Positions 18,140 through 27,142 of a stretch of DNA of 64,000 bases are shown one piece after another. How positions within the stretch are numbered: the first letter of the stretch is position 1; each line of letters starts with the position of its first letter. Source of the stretch: Patescibacteria group bacterium. GTDB taxonomy: Bacteria > Patescibacteriota > Minisyncoccia > Minisyncoccales > Staskawiczbacteraceae. Location: the NCBI GenBank assembly GCA_018829965.1, contig JAHJTG010000016.1, forward strand, positions 93,537 to 157,536, given 5' to 3'. The notes under the pieces are model-generated. The model searched no databases and had not been told where the DNA came from. It saw nothing but the letters and a program-made list of their open reading frames with translations. The position numbers and the translations under genes were made by a program.

Positions 18140-20779
18140 TTATATATCTAAGTTCTTTACCGTCTTTGCATGAGTCTGGATAAATTTCTTTCTTGGCTCT
18201 ACCTCTTCGCCCATTAAAATATCAAAAATTTTATCTGCCTCTCTGGCGGTATCAATTGTAACCCTTAATAATAATCTATTTTGAGGATTCATTGTTGTCT
18301 CCCAAAGCTGTATTGAATCCATTTCTCCCAAACCTTTATATCGTTGGATAGAAATACTTTGATTTTTATTAACTGTTTTCAAAAGCTTCTCTTTTTGTTC
18401 GTCGTTATAGACATGCTTTATTTCTCTGCCAATCTGTATTTTATAAAGCGGTGGCTGAGCGATATAAATATATCCAGCGTCAACCAATGGTCTGAAGTGA
18501 CGATAGAAAAGAGTTAAAAGTAATGTCCTAATATGGGCGCCATCAACATCAGCATCAGTCATAATAATAACTCTATGATATCTTAGTTTTTCTATATTAA
18601 AATCTTCGCCAATCGCTGTCCCTAGAGCAATAACCAAAGCTCTTATCTCTTTTGAATCCAACATTTTGTCCAAACGAGCCCTTTCCACATTTAGAATCTT
18701 GCCTCGTAAAGGTAAAATCGCTTGAAAATGCCGGTCTCTTGCTTGTTTTGCGCTATTATGAACAAAAACCCCCGATGCCAATGCAAAGTTATGAGTATTC
18801 TTAACTTCTAAATCATAAACATCTACCCTTTCTTTCAATTTAACTATTCTTTTAATTTTATGGTTATAGCTTGAAACTGTTTGTTCTAATACTCTTTCTT
18901 TTCTAAAACATTCTTTATGAAAAGGCATTAAAGAATCTTCTGTTTTTAAGTCTTTTGCCATTTTGTAATTTCCGCCCCTCAACATAAACTTGTGATCTGG
19001 CGTACAAATCATCTCTTCGTCATTATCTAAAACAACTTTAATAACTTCTGCGTTTTCTTTTGTTTTTCTTGGATTATCAATTGGCTCGATTCCAACACTA
19101 CCGTCATTTTTAATTGTATAACAATAATTCTTCTTTCCTTGTTTATGTTCTTCAACCAAATTTTCAAAAGATAAGTTTCTTCCATCAGCTAAAGCAACTT
19201 CAGTTTTTCCAAACCAACAACCACCGGCACTCTCTCCTTCGACGATATACAATTCTGATTCTTCTGGTTTTCTTGAAAGACAATCTGCAAGTTTTCCAGG
19301 CAACGCTAATCCTTCTAATACTCCTTTTCTTAAAACTGTCTGACGAGCGCTTTTTGCCGCTTGCCTGGCTTTTGCCGCCAATAAACAGTTTTCAACAATT
19401 CCTTTAGCATCTGATGGGTAACGTTCTAAATAATCGCTTAAACCTTCTGCCACAGCTGTCTCTACGGCGTTTTTGGCTTCTGGGTTTCCTAATTTTGCTT
19501 TTGTCTGGCCCTCAAATTGAGGATTCCTTATTTTTACAGAAATTACTGAAGTTAATCCTTCTCTTACGTCTTCACCTGAAAGATTTTCATCTTTTTCTTT
19601 TAAGTATCCTTCCCTTCTAGCATAATCATTTAATGACCTCGTTAAAGCCGCCCTAAAACCAGTTAAATGAGTGCCTCCTTCTGGAGTATAGATATTATTG
19701 GCAAAACTTTCTTCAATGCATTCCATCTCTTGGGTATATTGAAAAGCTGCTTCAACTGCGATTTCGTTTTTTGTAGTAGCTATGCTGAAAACATTAGGAT
19801 TTCTTGGTGTATTCCCAGTAGTTAAATATTTTACGTAAGAAGCCACTCCCCCTTCAAAATAAAAGGCGTAGCTAAATTTCTCTTTAGAATTTCTTTCATC
19901 TGAAAAAGAAATCCTAACCCCCTTAGTAAGATAAGCCTGTTGGCGTAAATGATTTAGAATCTTCTTAGAATCAAATTTTATCTCTTTAAAAATATCTGGA
20001 TCTGCTTGGAAAGTAACAGTGGTTCCTGTCTTTCTGCAAGCTCCTATTTTTTTAACCGGAGACTTTACATCACCCTTAGCATATTCCTGCATATACAAAC
20101 CGCCATCTCTGCAAACTTCTGCTCTCATTTGAATAGACAATGCGCAAACAACAGAAACGCCGACACCATGCAAGCCTCCAGATACCTGATATGCTTTACT
20201 ACCAAATTTACCACCAGCATGTAAAACCGTCATTACAGTTTCTAATGCTGATTTTTTAGTTTGAGAATGTTTTTCTACTGGAATGCCTCTGCCATCATCA
20301 GAGACTTTAACCAAATTGTCTTGCAAAAGAGAAACCTCTATATTTTTACAATGACCAGCCATCGCTTCATCCAAGCTATTATCAATAACCTCCCAAATTA
20401 AATGATGAAGACCATCCAAACCAGTTGAGCCAATATACATTGCTGGTCTTTTTCTTACCGCCTCAAGACCTTTTAAAACATAAATATCTTTAGCTGTGTA
20501 TTCGTCCTTTCCTGTTTTTTCTTTTAAAGGCTTCTCGTCTCTCACTGTCTCAATAACCTCTTTTTCTACTTTAGTTTGTCTTGTTTTAGTTTTAATAGAT
20601 TCAACCTTAGTCGGTTTAACTTTAGCCACAACAGCTTTCTTGACTATTTTTTCAGCTTTTGGTTTCTTCTTTCCCTCACCTGCAACGCTATGCCAGCCCG
20701 CAGTAGATACAGCGTTTCTGGCGGGCGAAACATTGCGGGCAGGTTCTTTTATCTCTCTTATTTTTATTTTTATAGCCAT
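18140..20779 (-). CDS. gyrB: DNA gyrase subunit B with an intein and a Lys-rich N-terminal extension
   Basis: VRKRPAMYIG, GGLHGVG, EGESAGG, PLRGKILN, DADVDGAHI and QRYKGLGEM motifs. Confidence 0.95.
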   Translation of the reverse strand: MAIKIKIREIKEPARNVSPARNAVSTAGWHSVAGEGKKKPKAEKIVKKAVVAKVKPTKVESIKTKTRQTKVEKEVIETVRDEKPLKEKTGKDEYTAKDIYVLKGLEAVRKRPAMYIGSTGLDGLHHLIWEVIDNSLDEAMAGHCKNIEVSLLQDNLVKVSDDGRGIPVEKHSQTKKSALETVMTVLHAGGKFGSKAYQVSGGLHGVGVSVVCALSIQMRAEVCRDGGLYMQEYAKGDVKSPVKKIGACRKTGTTVTFQADPDIFKEIKFDSKKILNHLRQQAYLTKGVRISFSDERNSKEKFSYAFYFEGGVASYVKYLTTGNTPRNPNVFSIATTKNEIAVEAAFQYTQEMECIEESFANNIYTPEGGTHLTGFRAALTRSLNDYARREGYLKEKDENLSGEDVREGLTSVISVKIRNPQFEGQTKAKLGNPEAKNAVETAVAEGLSDYLERYPSDAKGIVENCLLAAKARQAAKSARQTVLRKGVLEGLALPGKLADCLSRKPEESELYIVEGESAGGCWFGKTEVALADGRNLSFENLVEEHKQGKKNYCYTIKNDGSVGIEPIDNPRKTKENAEVIKVVLDNDEEMICTPDHKFMLRGGNYKMAKDLKTEDSLMPFHKECFRKERVLEQTVSSYNHKIKRIVKLKERVDVYDLEVKNTHNFALASGVFVHNSAKQARDRHFQAILPLRGKILNVERARLDKMLDSKEIRALVIALGTAIGEDFNIEKLRYHRVIIMTDADVDGAHIRTLLLTLFYRHFRPLVDAGYIYIAQPPLYKIQIGREIKHVYNDEQKEKLLKTVNKNQSISIQRYKGLGEMDSIQLWETTMNPQNRLLLRVTIDTAREADKIFDILMGEEVEPRKKFIQTHAKTVKNLDI
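18755..19219 (-). other. Mini-intein, 155 aa, no homing endonuclease, in the GyrB TOPRIM motif
   Basis: SAGG|CWFGKTEV...CTPDHKF...VYDLEVKNTHNFALASGVFVHN|SAKQ. Confidence 0.95.
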
Positions 20780-20842
20780 ATTTACTTTAATAATTTTTAA
20801 TTTTTAATTTTTAATGATTAAATTTTGAAAACTATTTAGACA

Positions 20843-22048
20843 TTAACGCAATGTAGCTCCCAAGTCCTGTTTAGTCTTTTCCCTAATTTCTTCTTGAATT
20901 TTATTTATCTCTTCATTTGTCAGCGTTCTTTCTGGCGAACGATAAACAATCCTGAACGTATAGCTCTTCTTGTCTTTTCCAAACTTACTTTCATCTTCGT
21001 ATTCGTCAATTAATTTCACCTCTTCAATAATTCCAACATTTGAATTTTCTGTCCCGACGGCTCTGCCGTCGAGGATCCTCGATGACGAAGTCATCGGGAC
21101 AAAATCTCTTACAATTTCGTAATAATTATTCAAATTTATATTTTTGTCTATCACAAAAGAAATATCTCTTGAGGTTTCCGGATACTTGCTTACTTCTTTA
21201 TACTTGCTATTAATATCTTTAAATTGGCTGGTAATTCTTAGGTCATCCGACCAAAGAACTCTAATATCTGGTATTCCCATTTTTACCATTGCTAACCTAT
21301 CTATCCCGAAGCCGAAAGCCCAGCCATTGTAAACTTCCGGATCTAAACCAAAATTCTTCAAAACCTGCTTATGAACAAGTCCCGACCCAACAACTTCCAT
21401 CCATTGCTCACCCAACTTAATATCCATCTCTACTGACGGATCCGTAAAAGGGAAAGAGTCAACGATAAACTTATGCTCAACCTTTTCTCCAAAGATACTT
21501 TTTCCGATATCGGCTAAAATATCTTTCAAATCTTCTAGGGTGATAACTTTTTGGTCTTTTTTGCAAATATATAGTCCGTCTATTTGATGAAAGGCAGGAA
21601 AATGATTTTTATCAATTTCATCTTTGCGGAAAACTATTCCAGTTGATAAAGCCCCAACACTCCCCTTTTCTTTTAATCTTTTAAAAATCTCAGGATCTCT
21701 TAAATAAAAAGGCCACATAACTGTTGTCTGCGTTCTTAAAACATATTCGTCTGTAAGGTAATAGGTATCTGTTTCTCTGCGACTCGGGTGGCCTTCTGGA
21801 GTATTTAAAACATCGAAGTTCTCTTCTAATGTAACCACTCTAGGAAAATCGACTAAATCAAAATCAGCAAATCTTGACAATTTTATTATCTGATTAGCTA
21901 AAATCTTTACAGGAGAATTCTGCTTCTTTGTAAGGTCAGGAAGGTTTAATAATTTTTTGATTCTCTCTGCTTTAATATCTTTCCTCTTCCCCAACTCCTC
22001 AATAATAGCGCCTTCTTTAGAGTTTTCTATTACGATATTTTTACGCAT
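20843..22048 (-). CDS. pheS: Single-chain phenylalanine--tRNA ligase: alpha catalytic core fused to a ferredoxin-fold anticodon-binding domain
   Basis: FHQIDG, FPFTDPSVE and AFGFGIDRLAM, then YPETSRDISF...YRSPERTLT. Confidence 0.9.
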   Translation of the reverse strand: MRKNIVIENSKEGAIIEELGKRKDIKAERIKKLLNLPDLTKKQNSPVKILANQIIKLSRFADFDLVDFPRVVTLEENFDVLNTPEGHPSRRETDTYYLTDEYVLRTQTTVMWPFYLRDPEIFKRLKEKGSVGALSTGIVFRKDEIDKNHFPAFHQIDGLYICKKDQKVITLEDLKDILADIGKSIFGEKVEHKFIVDSFPFTDPSVEMDIKLGEQWMEVVGSGLVHKQVLKNFGLDPEVYNGWAFGFGIDRLAMVKMGIPDIRVLWSDDLRITSQFKDINSKYKEVSKYPETSRDISFVIDKNINLNNYYEIVRDFVPMTSSSRILDGRAVGTENSNVGIIEEVKLIDEYEDESKFGKDKKSYTFRIVYRSPERTLTNEEINKIQEEIREKTKQDLGATLR

Positions 22049-22208
22049 ATTGTTTAAAAAATATAATCCAAATAGTACAAGGATTACTCTCTTATTTTAC
22101 CCTAAAAACAAACAATAATCAACGCTTTTTTGTGGAAAACTTTGTAATAAAAAGGGCAGATTTTTAGGTCTGCCCTATATCTCGGAGTTTTAAAATCTCG
22201 TTTTAGAC

Positions 22209-22881
22209 TTAATTCACAAAAGCAGGCTGTATATAAAGACGAGAAGGCGTAATACTTTGGTTATTTACCTCGTTGGCATCAATCCATTTAAGAACTGGCC
22301 CACTAGCATCAAGACACAAACTCACAATTTTGTTTTGCATACTACGCCGAGACCAAACTGCGTTTATAGAATACTGTGAAAGCACATTAGTGTAAATACC
22401 GAAAGAAATAACCTCGGCAACTGTAAGACATCTATGATTCATATTTCTGTTAAAAGCTTCTGCTGCACACGGAGTAAAATTAAGAACATCTTCACCGTTC
22501 TTTATGCCGATAATCCAATAACAAGCGGTAAAAAACCCTTCCAAAATCTTGATCTTGTATCTCATCCGGATCAATCTCGCATCTGCCAATTTTTCCGTTA
22601 CATTCAATTAATTGCGCTTGTACGGAAACGCCTAAAATGTTTTTTGGAATAATTGGCAAAAGAAGGGGCGTCTGTTCTTGCAAAATCGGTGTATTCATAA
22701 CTACTCCGATAGCACTTTCACGACTTTGTTCTAAGCTCTTAAAAATCGCGTCGGCTTTCTTTTGTTCAATTATCTTGCTGGTATGCTGTCTTTCGAATAT
22801 AACGGCCAAACGACCTAATTGGTGTGCGGTTAAAGCATACAACTTGTTCTTTGTTTCATATCTTTTATTTTTATCAATCAC
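22209..22881 (-). pseudogene. Probably one DUF5701-like gene split by a frameshift near 22530
   Basis: Two overlapping ORFs. The halves LPIIP... and YWIIGIKNG...LTVAEVIS...GPVLKW read as one protein across a T6 run. Shine-Dalgarno aaggagg precedes GTG 22881. The family call is from memory. Confidence 0.6.
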
Positions 22882-23126
22882 TGGAATTCCTCCTTATTTT
22901 AAAAGAACTTATTATTGCTATTTTTTATAACTAAACCAGAACCCTTCTGGAATTTGTTATTATATAATAATGTTTTCGAAAATGCAAAAACCTGTATGAT
23001 GCCACTTACTAGTGGTTTTCTGTAGCTCAAATTTATATATTATGCGCCCCTTACTGTGTGCGTTTAGAACACTAAACTGGGATTTAATGAAGGTTGAGAT
23101 GGATATAGTTTGAGCTTTATTTAGAT

Positions 23127-25817
23127 TCACCCCACCCTGCGACTCAATATAGTTTTTGTAACAAAAATCCTCTTTTTGAAAAATTCAATCAATGAAATTT
23201 CTATCAAACTGACGCTAAAAATGGCTAACCATTCCATTATGCTTAACGGCTGGGTGGCTAAAAGTTTTTGCAGCGGCGGAAGATAGATGCTGGAAAAAAG
23301 CAAAACGAATCCAATAATAACACCGCCAACCAAGTAGCGGTTAGAAAATATGTCTTTCCTAAAGATGGTTCTTTGAAACGAGCGGACTGAAAAAGCGAGG
23401 ATAAGAGAAGCGACGCACATAAACGCAAAAACCATTGTTCGTGTTTTATCAAGGTCTTCAGTAAACTTCCAGAAAAAAATAAAAAATAGGAACGCATTTA
23501 TCCCAGTAATAAAGAAAATGGTGGTCATCCAGCGTTTCATATCCTTATTTAGTATCGGTTCTTTAGGATTCCTTGGTTTCTCGTCCATCAATCCTTTGGT
23601 CTCTTGTTCTGTGGTAAGGGCAATATCTGGAAATCCGCTTTCAACAAGGTTTATCCAAAGAATCTGGGCTGGCAATAATGGAAGCGGAAGCCCCATTGCC
23701 ATACTTACCAAAAATAAAAATAGTTCTGAAAAATCATTTACTACAAGATAAACAAACACTTTACGAATGTTTCCGAAAATCACCCTGCCTTGCTCAATGG
23801 CTTTTAATATCGTTTTGAAATTGTCGTCCAATAATATCAAATCGGCCACTTCTTTTGCCACATCTGTGCCAGAACCAACGGCAACCCCAATATCGGCTAA
23901 TTTAAGGGCTGGAGCGTCATTAACGCCATCACCAAGCATTGCCACCACCTCTCCATTAGCTTGAAGGACGCTAACAATTCTTAATTTATGGCGTGGGGAT
24001 ACACGGGCGTAAATAGAGATAGTCTTTGCTTTTTCTTTTAACTCGTCATCGCTTATTGTCTCCAAATCCTTACCCTCAATTATGTTATCGTCTTCTGCCC
24101 CAAGACCAATCTCTTCAGCAACGGCTTTAGCGGTAAATTTATGGTCTCCCGTAACAATAACTGTGCGGATACCAGCCTTTTTAGTGATTAAAATTGATTC
24201 CTTGGCGTCTTGACGAAGCGGGTCTTTAAGAGCGATAAAACTAACAAGTGAAAGGCCATTAACTAATTCTGTAAGATTTTGATATTTTGTTTTGGAATCG
24301 TAATCCCTATGGGCACAAGCAAGAACACGTAATCCTTTCTGTGTGAGCGTTTCTAATTTCTTTATTAATTTATTCACTTGAGCCGTACCTAATTTATCCG
24401 TTCTGCCATCAACATCCAAATCAACAGAACGAGCAATAATCTCCTCTGGCGCTCCGACAACATAAAGCATATTTTGCTTCTCGTCTTTGCGATGAAAAGT
24501 GGCGGCAAATTTGTAATCCGATTCAAAGCTGATTCTATCCAATATGGGATATTGCTCTTCCAGTTCTTTTTTATTCAAACCCAACTGCATTCCTGCCAGA
24601 AGCAATGCCTGTTCGGTTGGTCTGCCTCGCACCACCCATTTTTCCAATTCCGCCTCTGGGTTTTCCACAAAGGCTTCGTTTGTCAAAATGGCGATTTTTA
24701 ACGCCAAGAGATGTGATTCAACGCCATTAATATTTTTGTCTTTAGCGAGCCCTCTAATGTTGCCTCCCATCAGTTCTTTTGTGCTCGTCAAAATATGGCT
24801 TACCTGCATTTTTCCTTCGGTAAGAGTACCCGTTTTATCAGTGCAAATGACAGTTACGCTTCCCAAAGTCTCTGTGGCGGCAAGTTTTCTTACCAGACCG
24901 CCCTGTTTGAAAATACGCCTCATCCCTAAAACTAATATAACTGTAATAGCTGGAAGCAATCCTTCGGGTATCGCTGAAACTGCAAGGGCAAGGGAGGCTA
25001 TAAAAACATCTATAAAATTCTTTTCAGTAAAATAACCCTCAATGATGATAATGGCGATTATAGACAGAATGAAAATGCTAAGCCACCCTGAGAGAGTTAC
25101 AATTTTCCGTTGCAGAGGAGTTTTGCGTTCTTTTGTTTCTTTAAGAAGCGACACAACTTCTCCGATTTGCGTATTAATTCCAGTAGCGATAATTACTATT
25201 GTAGCTCGTCCTTCCTCTACAATCGTACTCATAAAAACCGTATTCGTTCTTTCGGAAAGCGACGCTGATTCAGAAAGGTTATCACCAGCCTTTTTTTCAA
25301 CCGCCAACCATTCTCCCGTAAGGCTCGCTTCATCTATCTTTAAGTTTTTTGATTCAATAATGCGTCCATCTGCTGGCACTTTATCTCCTGATTTTAGAAA
25401 CACCACATCTCCAACAACTAATTCCTCGCTGTCTATTTCTTTTTCATAGCCATTCCGCAAAACTTTCGTCCTCACTTTTACCATTTTCTTTAGAGCGAGA
25501 AGCGACTGATTGGCTTTATTTTCTTGATAAAATCCGACAGTAGTGTTAATAAGCAACACAATAATAATAAAGATGGAGTCTGAATAGTGCTTCAATAGAA
25601 AAGAAACAACAACGGTCGCAAGCAAAATATACATTAATGGACCGTTGAACTGACTCAAAAACAGCCGCATCTTGGAATACGGTTTTTCTTGAGGGAGAGT
25701 ATTTCTTCCAAACCTTTTAAGTCTCTCCGCCGCCTCTTGGTTGGTGAGACCATCTTTTCTGCTTCCTGTTTCGACAAAAATTTTCTCTAATGAAATTGTG
25801 TGCCAATTTTTTTTCAT
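23127..25817 (-). CDS. Cation-transporting P-type ATPase (Ca2+/PacL-like)
   Basis: LTGE, IPEGL, DKTGTLT, TGDH and GDGVNDAPAL motifs. Confidence 0.95.
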   Translation of the reverse strand: MKKNWHTISLEKIFVETGSRKDGLTNQEAAERLKRFGRNTLPQEKPYSKMRLFLSQFNGPLMYILLATVVVSFLLKHYSDSIFIIIVLLINTTVGFYQENKANQSLLALKKMVKVRTKVLRNGYEKEIDSEELVVGDVVFLKSGDKVPADGRIIESKNLKIDEASLTGEWLAVEKKAGDNLSESASLSERTNTVFMSTIVEEGRATIVIIATGINTQIGEVVSLLKETKERKTPLQRKIVTLSGWLSIFILSIIAIIIIEGYFTEKNFIDVFIASLALAVSAIPEGLLPAITVILVLGMRRIFKQGGLVRKLAATETLGSVTVICTDKTGTLTEGKMQVSHILTSTKELMGGNIRGLAKDKNINGVESHLLALKIAILTNEAFVENPEAELEKWVVRGRPTEQALLLAGMQLGLNKKELEEQYPILDRISFESDYKFAATFHRKDEKQNMLYVVGAPEEIIARSVDLDVDGRTDKLGTAQVNKLIKKLETLTQKGLRVLACAHRDYDSKTKYQNLTELVNGLSLVSFIALKDPLRQDAKESILITKKAGIRTVIVTGDHKFTAKAVAEEIGLGAEDDNIIEGKDLETISDDELKEKAKTISIYARVSPRHKLRIVSVLQANGEVVAMLGDGVNDAPALKLADIGVAVGSGTDVAKEVADLILLDDNFKTILKAIEQGRVIFGNIRKVFVYLVVNDFSELFLFLVSMAMGLPLPLLPAQILWINLVESGFPDIALTTEQETKGLMDEKPRNPKEPILNKDMKRWMTTIFFITGINAFLFFIFFWKFTEDLDKTRTMVFAFMCVASLILAFSVRSFQRTIFRKDIFSNRYLVGGVIIGFVLLFSSIYLPPLQKLLATQPLSIMEWLAIFSVSLIEISLIEFFKKRIFVTKTILSRRVG

Positions 25818-25871
25818 AACTAATTTAATTCTAACAAAAAACCACCTCAATTAAAAGGTGGTTTTTAACAA

Positions 25872-26010
25872 CGCGCCCAGTGCTTTGCCCGTCCGTAGCT
25901 TTAGCGAAAGAGGGCTTTGTCCTGCCGTAGTTTTAACGAAGGCGGAGGACGCAGTTCCCTGCCCGCAATGCTAAAGCATAGCTTTTGCAGACGGGGAACT
26001 TGGTTTTGGG
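25872..26010. repeat. Nested cluster of palindromic repeats (two CCGTAGCTTTAGCGAA-type, one CCCGCAATGCT-type) inside a possible att-like remnant
   Basis: GC-rich hairpins in AT-rich DNA, with motifs shared with 30689-30718, 42088-42117 and 20674-20743. Confidence 0.65.
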
Positions 26011-26198
26011 AAAACTTCCCAGTGGTAGAACCGAATATTGGCCTAAAATAAAAAGCCCTGACTCCATTTATTCTCGTAAATTGTGGCTGACCCCATTTAT
26101 TTCATTTATTGGAACCTTTTTTCTAAAATCTTGCTGGCTATACAAACATTGCCAATCAAATAAATTAAAGTATTACACAGAGACTTAACGATAAATTC

Positions 26199-27056
26199 TT
26201 AAGATTTCGCTTGGTGAACAACTCGTTGAGGAAACGGAATTTCAATCCCCTCTTTGTCAAAAGCAATTTTAATCCTTTTTCTCAATTCACCTGTTACATC
26301 CCACTGCTTAAGTGGTTTTGTTTCTCCGAGAATTTTAATAATAATCGCCGATTCTCCGAAATCATCCACCCGCAAAAATTGCGGAGGCTTTATAATATAA
26401 CTCTTCCACGCACTATCTTCAGCGAGTTCTTGACCAATTTTATTCACCACGGAAATAACCTGCTCAAGATTAGAACCATAAGAAACCCCGATGTTTAAAT
26501 TCACTCTAGCAAAAAGCTTAGAGAGATTAGAAACTTTTTTGATTTCTCCATGCGGAATATGATGAACTGTTCCATCTAAATCTCTTAATGTAGTCATTCT
26601 TAAGCTTATATCTTCAACCAATCCGCAAGTTCCATCAAAACAAACAACATCGCCAATTCGGTATTGATTTTCCATTATGATAAAAAGCCCACTGATAAGG
26701 TCGCGGATAAGGTACTGCCCGCCAAAACCAAAAGCCAATCCAACAATTCCAGCCGCCGCCAGAAGCGGACCTATTGCAAAACCGACTTCCTGAAGAATCA
26801 TCAGAAAAGCAAGAATCCATATAAAAATACCGAGCGAAGTTGAAAAAATTCTAATTAAGGTATCTTCTCGTTTCTTTTCGGCTTCTTTGTTTAAAAAATG
26901 GTCTGCCACAATAAGTTTCCTTGTGAGTTTTTCAATAAAAATACCAGCGAATTTACGGATGATGTGCGCAATAATTATAATTGCGACGATTTTAATTCCG
27001 TGATTAAAAAGCCAAGAAGGCGTGCTTTGGGTAATTTTTTGAATAAAATCTTGCAT
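26199..27056 (-). CDS. mscS: Small-conductance mechanosensitive channel
   Basis: GFGGQYLIRDLISG, ENQYRIGD and GIEIPFPQR motifs. Confidence 0.93.
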   Translation of the reverse strand: MQDFIQKITQSTPSWLFNHGIKIVAIIIIAHIIRKFAGIFIEKLTRKLIVADHFLNKEAEKKREDTLIRIFSTSLGIFIWILAFLMILQEVGFAIGPLLAAAGIVGLAFGFGGQYLIRDLISGLFIIMENQYRIGDVVCFDGTCGLVEDISLRMTTLRDLDGTVHHIPHGEIKKVSNLSKLFARVNLNIGVSYGSNLEQVISVVNKIGQELAEDSAWKSYIIKPPQFLRVDDFGESAIIIKILGETKPLKQWDVTGELRKRIKIAFDKEGIEIPFPQRVVHQAKS

Positions 27057-27142
27057 ATTTATGAAAAAATTTTGTCTTTATTAATAATTTATTTTTATTC
27101 TAGCAAAAAATCATTTCTTTAGCAACTCTTTGATTTTCATTT

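Noticed and set aside
22209..22400. Diversity-generating retroelement target
   Set aside because: No reverse transcriptase gene and no template/variable repeat pair seen in the window.
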